Positions 8,880-19,082 of a stretch of 64,000 nucleotides of DNA are shown here, piece after piece. Below the pieces are notes generated by a model. The model was not told where the DNA came from, ran no database searches, and was given only the letters and a program-made list of their open reading frames with translations. This DNA is from Fidelibacterota bacterium (GTDB taxonomy: Bacteria; Fidelibacterota; UBA8477; JABMPR01), in contig JADHVL010000002.1 in the NCBI GenBank assembly GCA_016784025.1, positions 52,490 through 116,489 on the forward strand, in the 5' to 3' direction. Every line of letters starts with the position of its first letter. Position 1 is the first letter of the stretch. Made by a program: the position numbers and the translations under genes.

Positions 8880-9088
8880 AATTAAGCAACAATTCCTGTC
8901 CAATATCTGGAGGGAATGTCACGAGAGATTCACCATCAATACATTCAATCAGCACTAATCTATTGATCCCAATCTGTTTTCCAATGTTATGGCAGAAAAC
9001 ACATGTTTTAATAAAACTTCTGAATGTCATCACATAGTTCTCAATTGTTTTATGAATAATTTAAATCATGTTTATTAAAATGAAATGG

Positions 9089-9128
9089 CCTTTCTATTTC
9101 CCATGGCACTCCAATGGAAATAGAAAGG
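9089..9128. terminator. 13-bp perfect inverted repeat (CCTTTCTATTTCC...GGAAATAGAAAGG), likely a bidirectional terminator between convergent genes
   Basis: Read directly in the sequence; lies between the convergent GT30 gene and tpx. Confidence 0.45.
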
Positions 9129-9160
9129 CGTTTAAATATTTACCATTCTGATGAAAAGTC

Positions 9161-9661
9161 TTATGCCAGTTTGGCGACGACCTCGTCATAATTTGGTTCG
9201 TCAGAAACAACAGGTACCTGCTGGGTGTAGGTTACTGTTCCGGCACTGTCCACCAGGATCACAACTCTAGACAAAAACCCTTTCATTGGACCATCAATAA
9301 CCTGCAATCCATAATCTTTTCCAAACTGTCCTGTTTCAAAATCAGAAAGAGTGATGACATTCTCCAGGCCTTCAGCGCCACAAAACCTTGATTGGGCAAA
9401 TGGCGTATCACGCGATATGCACAATACTTTTGTGTCTGGGAGCTTTCCTGCAAGTTCGTTAAAATAACGGACAGAAGCTGCACAGGTCCCAGTGTCAAGA
9501 CTGGGGAAGATATTTAGTACAAGGCGTTGTCCTTTAAAATCGACAATGCTTACTCTAGAGAGATCTTTGGCTACCAATTCAAAGTCTGCTGCCTTAGATC
9601 CTATCTCAGGTAACTCACCAATAGTGTGAACTGGATTACCACGTAAAGATATTGTTGCCAT
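9161..9661 (-). CDS. tpx: Thiol peroxidase (Tpx, atypical 2-Cys peroxiredoxin)
   Basis: SLDTGTCAASVRYFNE contains the Tpx peroxidatic Cys motif; 166 aa. Confidence 0.85.
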   Translation of the reverse strand: MATISLRGNPVHTIGELPEIGSKAADFELVAKDLSRVSIVDFKGQRLVLNIFPSLDTGTCAASVRYFNELAGKLPDTKVLCISRDTPFAQSRFCGAEGLENVITLSDFETGQFGKDYGLQVIDGPMKGFLSRVVILVDSAGTVTYTQQVPVVSDEPNYDEVVAKLA

Positions 9662-9804
9662 ATTTAATTTTCCTTTATAATTGTTTAAAATACTATTCCT
9701 GTCAATCTAACTCTGAATCAAGTTGCTGAATATTAAAATGCCACAATTAGTTCTTCACTAGGCTTTCAAAGCATCCTCAAAATGCACATGCAACCGTGAG
9801 ACTC

Positions 9805-10233
9805 CTATCGAATCTCCCAATCTTCCACATCACCTTCGATCAGGTTGAAGAGAGGATGAAGCTGTAACTCGATAGTCTCATTCAGCTTATGATATTTACC
9901 CAAGTCCCTCACTCTTAATTTTCCCAACAAATGAGTTTGTTCATAGAATAACTGTCCCGTGGTTACTGCTATAAATTTAGCGTCCACAGATGAGCCTATC
10001 TTGCTCTCATCAAAATGAAACCCACGTTGCTTAGCTTCTTCAAGAACACTAAGGAGATAAGAGTTAATATGGTTTAAGGGGTGATTTGTGGCTTTAAAGC
10101 GATGAAGTTGGGGATGATTCTGATACCCCTTGGTCATGCCTTCCAGGACACGTTTTGCCAACAAAGTTTCTCGCCAGAGAGCGGCCAATCCTTTGCTATC
10201 TAAATACATGGGATGAAGGGACCAAATTCTCAT
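9805..10233 (-). CDS. Pyrimidine-dimer DNA glycosylase (T4 endonuclease V-like, Pyr_excise family)
   Basis: N-terminus MRIWSLHPMYLDSKGLAALWRETLLAKRVL matches the conserved start of bacterial Pyr_excise proteins. Confidence 0.5.
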   Translation of the reverse strand: MRIWSLHPMYLDSKGLAALWRETLLAKRVLEGMTKGYQNHPQLHRFKATNHPLNHINSYLLSVLEEAKQRGFHFDESKIGSSVDAKFIAVTTGQLFYEQTHLLGKLRVRDLGKYHKLNETIELQLHPLFNLIEGDVEDWEIR

Positions 10234-10302
10234 TACTTAAACCTATATAAATAAGGAAAAAGAACTATGAAATCAATTTAACCATTAAGCTTGAGTGTTT
10301 AC

Positions 10303-11586
10303 TTAAGGTGTTCTGTGTCCTGAGGGTCTACGACGTTTAGGTCGACTTCCACCGCCACCTGAATTTGCAGGCTTCGATTTCTTCCGTAAGCCATATGGTA
10401 CTGCAGCATCCTTAGCTGCCACTTCAGGACTATAATTCAAAAAAGGATGCTCAGAGACAACTTTGATTTTTTGCTTGATCAATTTTTCAATATCTCGGAG
10501 AAATGCTTTTTCTTCCTCATCACAAAAGGAAAGGGCTATACCACTGAAACCAGCTCTCCCCGTTCGTCCGATACGGTGTACATATGTCTCGGAGATATTA
10601 GGAAGGTCATAGTTAACCACATGGGACAATTCATCAATATCAATCCCACGTGCAGCAATGTCTGTGGCCACCAGAACTTTAGTTTCTCCACTTTTAAAAT
10701 TTCCCAGCGCCCGTTGTCGAGCCGTCTGTGACTTATTGCTATGAATAGCTTCTGCTGAAACGCCTGCTCGATCCAAAAACTTGACAATTTTATTAGCGCC
10801 GTGTTTTGTCCGGGAAAAAACCAGGACAGACTCCATGGCTAAGGTGTTTAGTAAATGAATTAGAAGTTTTGTTTTACCCGGCTTACTGACAAAGTAAACG
10901 GCTTGTTCAACTTTCTCAGCAGTTGTCTGGTCAGGAGTCACAGACACTTTTTCAGGATTGCCCAGGATCTTACGAGAAAGGGCTACAATATCTGGAGGCA
11001 TAGTTGCAGAGAAAAACAAAGATTGACGCTTTGGTGGTAGCAGGGCAATCAGCTTTCTGATATCATGGATAAATCCCATGTCCAACATTCTGTCCGCTTC
11101 GTCTAGAACTGAGTATTCAACATCCTTTAAACTGATAAAACCCTGTCCAATGAGATCAAGGAGACGTCCAGGAGTAGCAACCAGGACATCAATACCCCGG
11201 TCGAGAATTTTGGTCTGGGCTCCCTGTTTTACACCACCAAAGATTACCGTGTTTTTAATCCCGGTATGCTTGCCATATACGCTAAAACTCTCGCCTATCT
11301 GTATGGCCAGTTCCCTCGTGGGGGTAACTATGAGAGCCTTTATTTTTCGATGGTCTCGATGGTCTCGATGGTTCTGCTTGTTTTGATGCTTCAGGTACAG
11401 GTGTTGGAGAATGGGTATGGCGAAGGCAGCCGTTTTCCCTGTTCCTGTCTGAGCACAACCAAGAAGATCCTTACCCCGTAATAGAATGGGAATGGATTGT
11501 TCCTGAATGGGAGTAGGATTGGTATAGCCTTCGGCACTCAATGCCCTGAGGATTGGGTCAATAAGCCCTAACTGTTGAAAAGTCAT
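10303..11586 (-). CDS. rhlE: DEAD-box ATP-dependent RNA helicase (RhlE-like) with a basic Gly/Arg-rich C-terminal tail
   Basis: Q-motif, GTGKT (motif I), [13 protein letters not shown] (motif II) and [10 protein letters not shown] (motif VI) are all present. Confidence 0.9.
   Translation of the reverse strand: MTFQQLGLIDPILRALSAEGYTNPTPIQEQSIPILLRGKDLLGCAQTGTGKTAAFAIPILQHLYLKHQNKQNHRDHRDHRKIKALIVTPTRELAIQIGESFSVYGKHTGIKNTVIFGGVKQGAQTKILDRGIDVLVATPGRLLDLIGQGFISLKDVEYSVLDEADRMLDMGFIHDIRKLIALLPPKRQSLFFSATMPPDIVALSRKILGNPEKVSVTPDQTTAEKVEQAVYFVSKPGKTKLLIHLLNTLAMESVLVFSRTKHGANKIVKFLDRAGVSAEAIHSNKSQTARQRALGNFKSGETKVLVATDIAARGIDIDELSHVVNYDLPNISETYVHRIGRTGRAGFSGIALSFCDEEEKAFLRDIEKLIKQKIKVVSEHPFLNYSPEVAAKDAAVPYGLRKKSKPANSGGGGSRPKRRRPSGHRTP
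11348..11377. repeat. In-frame 9-bp tandem repeat (CGATGGTCT x2.8) inside the RhlE-like helicase gene, encoding HRDHRDHR
   Basis: Read directly in the sequence. Confidence 0.6.
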
Positions 11587-11595
11587 ACTAGGCTA

Positions 11596-13446
11596 TCACT
11601 TCTTACGACTTCGACGTGGACTGATGCCACTCTTTTTTCCACGATCACTACGTCTACCGCCCTGACTCATTCCATATTCTTTTTGCTTGGAAAATTTTTT
11701 CTTTTTTGTTGGCAAAGGAGTTGGCTTTTCTGTAGAAACTTCCAGTTGAACTTTGACGCCTTCATGTTCCTGACCATGCAGCTTGTCAACCAGTGTATTC
11801 ACAACACCCTGTTCAATATCGAAAAAGGCAAACTTCTTCATAATTTCAATGGCACCCACATCAGCTTCATTGGAGTTTAAAGTTTTATTAATTAAACCAA
11901 TCAAGCGCGTTGGTGTTAAATCATTTTTCATCCCCAGATTGATAAACAATCTGGTGAAAGTTTTATGACGGGGGCCTTGCTCTCGCTGGACATCCGGCCT
12001 ATCACCCTGCTTGGTTCTATCTCTTCGGGTGTCTGGCTTATCGCCCCTCTTGTTTCTATCTCGTCGACCTAGGCGTTCCCCACGTTCCGGTTTATCATTA
12101 GCTGAAACGTTAATATCAGTAGCATGCTTGTAATAGGCCAGGAAACGATTGAACTCTGCTGACACAAAATGCTTTATAAGTTCTTCTCGACTCAACCATT
12201 CCAGTTTTTCATAGATGGCTGGCATGAAGGGACCAATTTGCTTTTCGTCAACTTCAACTTTTTCAATTTTATCAATTAGAGAGTATAGCTGCTTGCTACA
12301 AATATCTTTCCCCGTAGGGACAAGTTCTTTGGTGAATTTTAGTTTGAATTTATTTTCTATTGATCTGATTTTTCCAAACTCACGGGTATGAATGATGGCA
12401 ATTGAGATACCATTCTTTCCAGCCCTTCCAGTTCTACCACTTCTATGGATATAAACTTCTGAATCATCAGGTAGGTTGTAGTTAACCACATGGGTGAGAT
12501 CGTTAATATCCAGCCCACGTGCAGCAACATCAGTAGCAACTAGAATCTGTATTTTTTTAGATCGAAATCTTTTCATCACTTCATCGCGTTGTGCCTGTGA
12601 CAATTCACCATGCAGGGCATCGGCATTATAACCGTCATGCATAAATTTATGCGCCACATCCTTGGTCTCTTGCCTTGTTCGACAAAAAACCAGACCATAA
12701 ATGGTTGGATTTGAATCAGCGATTCGCTTCAGAACTTCGTATCTGTTCTTGGCTTGAACCATATAATAAATATGCCTGACGTTCACAGCACCTGTGTTCA
12801 TTTTTGTGGCAGCAATTTCAATAGGATCCTTCATGTAAGTCTTGGTCATCCGCTGCACTTCTTTTGACATGGTCGCTGAAAACAGGAGTGTCTGTTTTGT
12901 AGCTGAAGTCTCGCTCAGGATGGCGTCCAGATCTTCCTTAAAACCCATATTGAGCATCTCATCAGCTTCATCTAAAACCACCCGTTCAACATTCCCCAGG
13001 AGCAATCTTTTTCGCTTAATTAAATCTTTGGCGCGGCCAGGTGTGGCCACGACGATTTGAGCAGATTTTCTGAGTGCTCTAATCTGGGTATCAATAGGGG
13101 CACCACCATACACTGCAACGATACCAATCTCTTTGATTTTTTTAGCGAAATTATTCAAATCCTTCGTAATCTGGATACACAGTTCCCTAGTGGGGCAAAG
13201 AATGAGTGTCTGTGTTCTTTTATCTTCAGGTTTTGTGAGATGTACTGCCGGTAAACCAAAAGCTCCGGTTTTTCCTGTCCCCGTTTGAGCAAAGGCTACT
13301 AGGTCCTGAGTTGAGGTTAATAAGTGTGGAATTGTCTTTTCCTGAATAGGGGTTGGGCTTTCAAAACCTAATTCTTGAATTGCCTGAACAATGTCATCAT
13401 TTAGGCCGAGTTGTGCAAAAACATTCATGGTGATAGTTTGATCCAA
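11596..13446 (-). CDS. deaD: DEAD-box RNA helicase DeaD/CsdA-like with C-terminal DbpA-type RNA-binding domain and an RD/K-rich linker
   Basis: [21 protein letters not shown] and HRSGRTGRAG motifs are present. The 616-aa length with a C-terminal extension is typical of CsdA. Confidence 0.9.
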   Translation of the reverse strand: MDQTITMNVFAQLGLNDDIVQAIQELGFESPTPIQEKTIPHLLTSTQDLVAFAQTGTGKTGAFGLPAVHLTKPEDKRTQTLILCPTRELCIQITKDLNNFAKKIKEIGIVAVYGGAPIDTQIRALRKSAQIVVATPGRAKDLIKRKRLLLGNVERVVLDEADEMLNMGFKEDLDAILSETSATKQTLLFSATMSKEVQRMTKTYMKDPIEIAATKMNTGAVNVRHIYYMVQAKNRYEVLKRIADSNPTIYGLVFCRTRQETKDVAHKFMHDGYNADALHGELSQAQRDEVMKRFRSKKIQILVATDVAARGLDINDLTHVVNYNLPDDSEVYIHRSGRTGRAGKNGISIAIIHTREFGKIRSIENKFKLKFTKELVPTGKDICSKQLYSLIDKIEKVEVDEKQIGPFMPAIYEKLEWLSREELIKHFVSAEFNRFLAYYKHATDINVSANDKPERGERLGRRDRNKRGDKPDTRRDRTKQGDRPDVQREQGPRHKTFTRLFINLGMKNDLTPTRLIGLINKTLNSNEADVGAIEIMKKFAFFDIEQGVVNTLVDKLHGQEHEGVKVQLEVSTEKPTPLPTKKKKFSKQKEYGMSQGGRRSDRGKKSGISPRRSRKK

Positions 13447-13701
13447 TTAATATTTAGTATGTTGTTATTTTCATTTCGTTTAGTATAAACGAGTTCAACC
13501 CTTCAACTAACCATATCTGAAAATGAGAGTAATTCAGTATTTTTTGATTTGAATGGTAACAGGTAAGGGCTATAGCCATTCCTCATACCCTGAAAACTCC
13601 ATGATGTACCCTAAATGATTGAATTTTGGGGAAAGATCTTCAGCCTAAATGGTCACGACCGGGAAGCGAGGATGATTCAACCGACCCTATTTTTTCACAA
13701 C

Positions 13702-14394
13702 TTAGGAGCGTTTGTTGAGTTCCTTGAGTGCCTGCTTAAGTAGCTTTGACATTTTCATATAGCCTGCCTTATTGGGATGTACACCATCATAGGTGTACTT
13801 TTCCTTTAGACCATTTTTATTATCTGCCATGGGAGTAAAATAATCCAGATAGGTGATCCCATTCGCTCTAGCGTATGCCTGCAACATTTTGTTCAGCTCC
13901 ACGATCTGCTCTGCTGGCTGAATCTCCTTCTTCCAGGGATATTCGTATGCAGGCAAAACAGATGACAAAATAATACTTATATCATTGGCAAGGGCCAACT
14001 CACACATGGAGACAATGTACCCCTGAATCTCGTCAAGCGTCATGGGTCCAGTGTTCCCGGCGATATCATTTGTCCCTCCTAGAATGACCACTACATCAGG
14101 TTCCAGATCGATGACATCCTGCCTGAAGCGCAGCAGCATTTGTGGTGTGGTTTGTCCACTGATACCCCTGGCGATATATTGAGGGGATTCAAAGAATTCG
14201 GGATAGAACTTGGGCCACCCCTCAATAATGGAATTTCCCATGAGTACAACTCGTGATTCTCCAGGAGCTGAAGGGTTCAGGTTGAGATTTTCCTCACGGA
14301 AGCGCTCCAAATTTGCCCAATCCTGAGCCGCTACCTCCAGGGATGATCCTATCACCATCAGGGAGATTATGAATATGGGATGGAAAATTTTCAT
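13702..14394 (-). CDS. Secreted SGNH/GDSL-family hydrolase (lipase/esterase)
   Basis: Signal peptide; VVLMGNSI (catalytic Ser block I), GxND block, and DGVHP (catalytic His block V). Confidence 0.75.
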   Translation of the reverse strand: MKIFHPIFIISLMVIGSSLEVAAQDWANLERFREENLNLNPSAPGESRVVLMGNSIIEGWPKFYPEFFESPQYIARGISGQTTPQMLLRFRQDVIDLEPDVVVILGGTNDIAGNTGPMTLDEIQGYIVSMCELALANDISIILSSVLPAYEYPWKKEIQPAEQIVELNKMLQAYARANGITYLDYFTPMADNKNGLKEKYTYDGVHPNKAGYMKMSKLLKQALKELNKRS

Positions 14395-14472
14395 GCCTTA
14401 ACTCTCCTCAAATATTGCCAGATGTCTCTCATGCTATCCTCTGGCGTTCCACCAAACTTTTAGGTGTTAATT

Positions 14473-17022
14473 TTAAGCTGAATTTCTGCTTGCATTAATG
14501 TTTCCGTACAGGGATCGTTGAACAATTTTCTCATAGCTACTTACTTGATCCCCACCTTCTTCAATCTTTTGCATGGCGTACTGTTGAATCAACAGAAGGG
14601 GTAGCACAATTCGTTTCCGAACTTCAATCGATTCTCTGGAAACAGCTTCTTCCTCCATGAGATGATCAAAATCTGAGATGGATAGAAGCATTTCACTTGA
14701 TAACTGGTATTCATCCAGGAGAATATTCCAGAATTCAGAATACTCGCTGTCGTTGGCTATATATCGGGTGAGCTCAAAATCGCATTTAAAAAGTGACATC
14801 ATACTATTTAGCATGAGTGTTTTGAAGTACGGAACATCTACAAACAGTCGTTTTAGTTTATCCAATTTTCCCTGATCAACGAGGGCTTTAACAGCAGTAC
14901 CCACCCCAAAATAACCTGGTACATTTTGCTTCATCTGACTCCAGGATCCGACAAAAGGTATCGCTCGTAAATCATCCAATTCCAGGTTCTTTTGAGTTCC
15001 CCTCTTTACCGGTCTACTCCCAATATTGGCCTCCGAATAATATGGCAGTGTGCTCTTATTTTCCAGGTAGGGAATAAACTTCTCATGGTTCTTAAGGTTG
15101 ATATATTTCTCGTGACTCAACTTGGCCAAATCCTTTAGAAGGTCCCTCTCCTCTTGGGAAATCGTGATCTCCTTGTCGTAGATGACATTGGATAGTCCCG
15201 CCGTTAGTAATTGTTCACAATTGTGTGTGAAATGTTCTTTGGTTCCATAACGACTGGTGATGGTCTGTCCCTGAATGGTCAACTGAATTTCATGTTTGGC
15301 AATCTGTTTACTCTGAGAGGCATAAAAACGATTTGTCTTCCCACCACCTCGAGCCGGTGGTCCACCGCGACCATCAAAAAAGATGGCTTTAATTTCATGA
15401 CGTTCACAGACAGCTGATAAGGCTTCCTTGGTTTTAAAAATTGCCCAATTTGCCTGGAGATAGCCACCATCCTTTGTTCCATCGGAGAATCCCAACATGA
15501 CAGTCTGTTTATTGTCACGCTGCAGCAGATGATTTCTATATAGAGGGGTATTAAAGAGTGCATCCATGATAGCCTCTGAATGATCCATTCCTATCATGGA
15601 TTCAAATAGAGGAACAATATCAAAGGGCAGTTGATCCCCTTTCCAGCCGCACCATCTGAAAAGTGCAAAGACAAAAAGCACTGAAAAGACATCCTCAGAG
15701 TTGCTGATGATGTAACGATGGCAACCCATCTCTCCGTTCTTATCCTGGATCTCTTTTAAAGAACAAATGGTCTGTATGGTATCTCGGATAAGTTCATCAT
15801 CGTACTGGGTGATATCCAGCAACAATTCTTTTGTGGTCAGGATGTTTACCAGCTCATCTGGATCAAGCTCTTCCAGCTTGGTATGAACCAGCTGTTCTTT
15901 CACCAGAATCGCTTCGATGGTTTTATAGTGGACGTGGTGATTCTGACGAATATCCAATGAGGCAAAATGTGATTTAAATATTTTTACTTTATCAATCACT
16001 CTATCCAGGTCATCCAGATACAATCCATTGTTTTTTATCCGAACTGTGTCCCTCACCTGAAGCAGGGGATCTAGAATCTCTCTATATGGGATACCTTTGT
16101 CAGAATCATAAGTGGCTTTGTATAGTTTGTTTCGCAATTTACCGATAATTTCGTCCACACCCTTAAAGGTCAATTTTGACGCAAGACCTTTGATGTCCCA
16201 ATAGTAGCACTTCATCAGACTCATTCTGAGATCATTGGCGACCTGCATGGTCGTTCTTGAAGTAACAAAGGGATTTCCATCTCGGTCTCCCCCTGGCCAA
16301 AAACCAAGCTGAATAATGTTAGGATTGTCAAAATCATCATTGCCAAGCTTGTGCTTGATTTTCCAATAGAGATCTCCAATGGCATCATAGTATACATATT
16401 TGAGGTAGTAGATTAGATTTTTGGCTTCCTCAAATGGTGTGGGTCGTTTGGCGTTGAGTAATGATGTCATCCCCAGCTGCTGAAGCACCTGGTCGATATG
16501 ATTAATATCATTCTTTTTGATGAGCTTGCGCAAATCACTTATAATATCGAGAACAGCCTGCGGGTAAAACTGAGTTGGATGGGCAGTGAGGACCAGGCGG
16601 GCACTAAATTCAGAGAGTTTTTCTAAAATTTCTTCGCTCTTGTTTCTGGAGTTTAAGAGGGTAAAAAAATCATTTAAGGAGAGATCGGAGTTGTGTTTTT
16701 GAAGCTGTCCGAAAGAAGCATCTTCAACACTATCAAACAAGACCACCTGCCGCTCAACATATTGGATAACATTGAACATAAATTCAATTTTTTCAGTTTC
16801 CGTACCAATATTCGTATGCGTGGTGCAAAATGTATCCAGAATTTCCAGCGGCTCTAACCCATCAGTCAGTCCCTTTTTAGACACTTCATGCAAAAGCGGA
16901 ATGAGAATACCGACATTGCTTATGCTCTCTGAAGGAAGATTTAAAAAAAGACTGTTGTAGATATTAAATTTATTTTTGACCCACTTTTCGTAGGTTTCGA
17001 TTCGTGCTGTTTGATTCTTCAA
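14473..17022 (-). CDS. ppc: Phosphoenolpyruvate carboxylase
   Basis: VMLGFSDGTKDGGY and FDGRGGPPARGGG are PEPC signature motifs; 849 aa. Confidence 0.9.
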   Translation of the reverse strand: MKNQTARIETYEKWVKNKFNIYNSLFLNLPSESISNVGILIPLLHEVSKKGLTDGLEPLEILDTFCTTHTNIGTETEKIEFMFNVIQYVERQVVLFDSVEDASFGQLQKHNSDLSLNDFFTLLNSRNKSEEILEKLSEFSARLVLTAHPTQFYPQAVLDIISDLRKLIKKNDINHIDQVLQQLGMTSLLNAKRPTPFEEAKNLIYYLKYVYYDAIGDLYWKIKHKLGNDDFDNPNIIQLGFWPGGDRDGNPFVTSRTTMQVANDLRMSLMKCYYWDIKGLASKLTFKGVDEIIGKLRNKLYKATYDSDKGIPYREILDPLLQVRDTVRIKNNGLYLDDLDRVIDKVKIFKSHFASLDIRQNHHVHYKTIEAILVKEQLVHTKLEELDPDELVNILTTKELLLDITQYDDELIRDTIQTICSLKEIQDKNGEMGCHRYIISNSEDVFSVLFVFALFRWCGWKGDQLPFDIVPLFESMIGMDHSEAIMDALFNTPLYRNHLLQRDNKQTVMLGFSDGTKDGGYLQANWAIFKTKEALSAVCERHEIKAIFFDGRGGPPARGGGKTNRFYASQSKQIAKHEIQLTIQGQTITSRYGTKEHFTHNCEQLLTAGLSNVIYDKEITISQEERDLLKDLAKLSHEKYINLKNHEKFIPYLENKSTLPYYSEANIGSRPVKRGTQKNLELDDLRAIPFVGSWSQMKQNVPGYFGVGTAVKALVDQGKLDKLKRLFVDVPYFKTLMLNSMMSLFKCDFELTRYIANDSEYSEFWNILLDEYQLSSEMLLSISDFDHLMEEEAVSRESIEVRKRIVLPLLLIQQYAMQKIEEGGDQVSSYEKIVQRSLYGNINASRNSA

Positions 17023-17110
17023 TTATCTATTTATCCTATTAAGTCTACTTCCGCCCATCATGAGCAGGAAACAACTTGATTTATCTCTGGATGAGTGGAT
17101 TACAACTTTA

Positions 17111-17746
17111 TTATAACCACCCTAATCCCAGACCAAAAATTAACACAGCCAGAGCATCAATTCCCCAGATTGCTCCTACAGTGATTAGCCTTTTTTTCAT
17201 GGTAGGCATATCATAGACCCAGAAGGCAACAACAAAAAAGGTGAGATAGCCAAACAGGAATATGAGCCAGGGAGTATTTGCATCCCAAAAGGCCCAATCC
17301 CAGGTGAGGGCATCAACGGCATTGAGAAGTATCTCGATAAACACACAAAAAATGGAACCGGCAATAGCTATGAACCATCTGTTAGGCACACCAAGAATTT
17401 TATCCTCTTTGTAGGGGAGTAAAAATTTTGTCCATATTATTCCTGATACGGCGAACATAAACATGATCTCAATATTCAGCCCGACGAGGATGAGATATGC
17501 CGTATCCCCTGGTGCACACCAGAGTGGAGCCCACCCTGCAAGTTTAAAAATAACTGAGTTCATGATCTCGTTGAACCAGTCCATCCCCCAGAATGCCAAA
17601 CCAGCTAGAACAGCGATATAATTTTTTTTCTCCATTTCAACGGCATAGACATAAAACACAAATGCCAGTAGTGGAATGACGTACCATTGGAAATTTGAAC
17701 CATCACGAAGATGGGTCAGCGCTTGTTGCGAAAAGTCACTGGGCAT
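17111..17746 (-). CDS. Hypothetical integral membrane protein (about 6 TM, Trp-rich)
   Basis: Hydrophobicity only; no family recognised. Confidence 0.4.
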   Translation of the reverse strand: MPSDFSQQALTHLRDGSNFQWYVIPLLAFVFYVYAVEMEKKNYIAVLAGLAFWGMDWFNEIMNSVIFKLAGWAPLWCAPGDTAYLILVGLNIEIMFMFAVSGIIWTKFLLPYKEDKILGVPNRWFIAIAGSIFCVFIEILLNAVDALTWDWAFWDANTPWLIFLFGYLTFFVVAFWVYDMPTMKKRLITVGAIWGIDALAVLIFGLGLGWL

Positions 17747-17836
17747 ATTGCCTCCCCTCTTAAGAATTTGCCAAGAAATTAACTGTACGGCAATATAGTT
17801 AAAGCTCTAAGTGAAGGGATAAGCAATCCTATCCGA

Positions 17837-18979
17837 TTATGAGTGCCTACACTTTTTCCATTCAATAAAGATGAGAGCAGTTAAACCTGTGGCGATAATA
17901 GCAAAAGCTACAGCAGGAGGTTGTCCCACCGAAAAAGCGATACCGATTGCTGACATCAAGACAATTAGCATACGGGGGACCAGAAATAATTTGCTCATTC
18001 GCCACACAGAAGCGGCGGTGAAGGATACAAAAAGTACGTAGCCACCACCTAATGCCAACGCAACTGGAAGAGAGAGTACATCATGGGGATGACTGATAAT
18101 TTTCTCGAAACCTATGGCTATACCAATAATGCCACATATGAGAGGGAAATGCATCACGCTGTATGCATCCCTTGCAACACGACCTTGCTCACCTCTCTTT
18201 GTTTTTGCGAAATGCTCTTCGAGATGTTCATTAATCCACGAAAAATAGCTCCACCATAACAGGCAGGTAACCAGGACTGCCAGCCCGCCATTGACTAGAA
18301 GTGCCTGTGTTCGCTCTTGAATATCGATTGCGCTGGCTGCTACAATGAGGGATTCCCCCAAGGCAATAATCACAATCAGACCGTGACGTTCAGCAAAATG
18401 CTTTGGTCTCAATTTGAAACCGTCTGAGCGCCCTCCAATTCCACTTGCCATCAAATCAAGTGCAATGGCTGCCAGCCACCATATAATTCGTTGAGAGGGA
18501 GATACCAATGCGCCGCCAATCACAGCAGCCAGACCGGTAATTGAAAGAACTGCGAACATGGTGGCTGCAGATTGTTGGTCTTTATGATTCGAAGTAACTC
18601 GAATATACAATCCCAGGCCTAATACTCTGATAATGACATATGGAATGGCGAACCACATCACTTTGTCGCTGAAGGCTTCACTAATAGAAGCTGCCAGGAC
18701 AAAGGCTACAGCAGTAGCAATCAAGACCCCCATTCTGACTTCAGCAATTCTGGTGTTGGCTGCATTTAAAGCCCAGGTGAATTGTGTCCAACCCCACCAA
18801 ATCAGCCAGAAGATTAATATGGATTGGACCACACTTATCACACTAAAATGTTCTGCTGTAATGCCAGTGATTCTGGTAATGGCAAAGACAAAAACCAGAT
18901 CAAAGAAGAGTTCGACAAAATCAGCACCTTGCTCATCAGGTGAAACCAAATGCTCAACTGGGGTTAGTATTTTTTTCAT
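17837..18979 (-). CDS. LtrA (low-temperature-requirement A) family membrane protein
   Basis: N-terminal VELFFDLVFVFAITRIT is the LtrA family signature; polytopic. Confidence 0.65.
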   Translation of the reverse strand: MKKILTPVEHLVSPDEQGADFVELFFDLVFVFAITRITGITAEHFSVISVVQSILIFWLIWWGWTQFTWALNAANTRIAEVRMGVLIATAVAFVLAASISEAFSDKVMWFAIPYVIIRVLGLGLYIRVTSNHKDQQSAATMFAVLSITGLAAVIGGALVSPSQRIIWWLAAIALDLMASGIGGRSDGFKLRPKHFAERHGLIVIIALGESLIVAASAIDIQERTQALLVNGGLAVLVTCLLWWSYFSWINEHLEEHFAKTKRGEQGRVARDAYSVMHFPLICGIIGIAIGFEKIISHPHDVLSLPVALALGGGYVLFVSFTAASVWRMSKLFLVPRMLIVLMSAIGIAFSVGQPPAVAFAIIATGLTALIFIEWKKCRHS

Positions 18980-19082
18980 AAGTAATTTTTGCTCTTTCAG
19001 GTTGATGTTTAGAGTTGTCCAAATAATAATCTAGAATCTGAATCTTGGAGCTAACCATGTTGATTAAAACTTTGGGAGAGAC

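Noticed and set aside
8824-9033. 69-aa minus-strand ORF in the GT30-tpx intergenic region
   Set aside because: It overlaps the 3' end of the GT30 gene by 55 nt, has no motif and no clear ribosome-binding site. More likely non-coding, and the 13-bp inverted repeat terminator occupies the remaining space. Kept as not called.
10303-13446. DEAD-box helicases as components of a defence system
   Set aside because: Both have canonical RNA-helicase (RhlE/CsdA) architecture with RNA-binding tails and no nuclease, HEPN or methyltransferase partner. They are most likely housekeeping or cold-shock RNA helicases.
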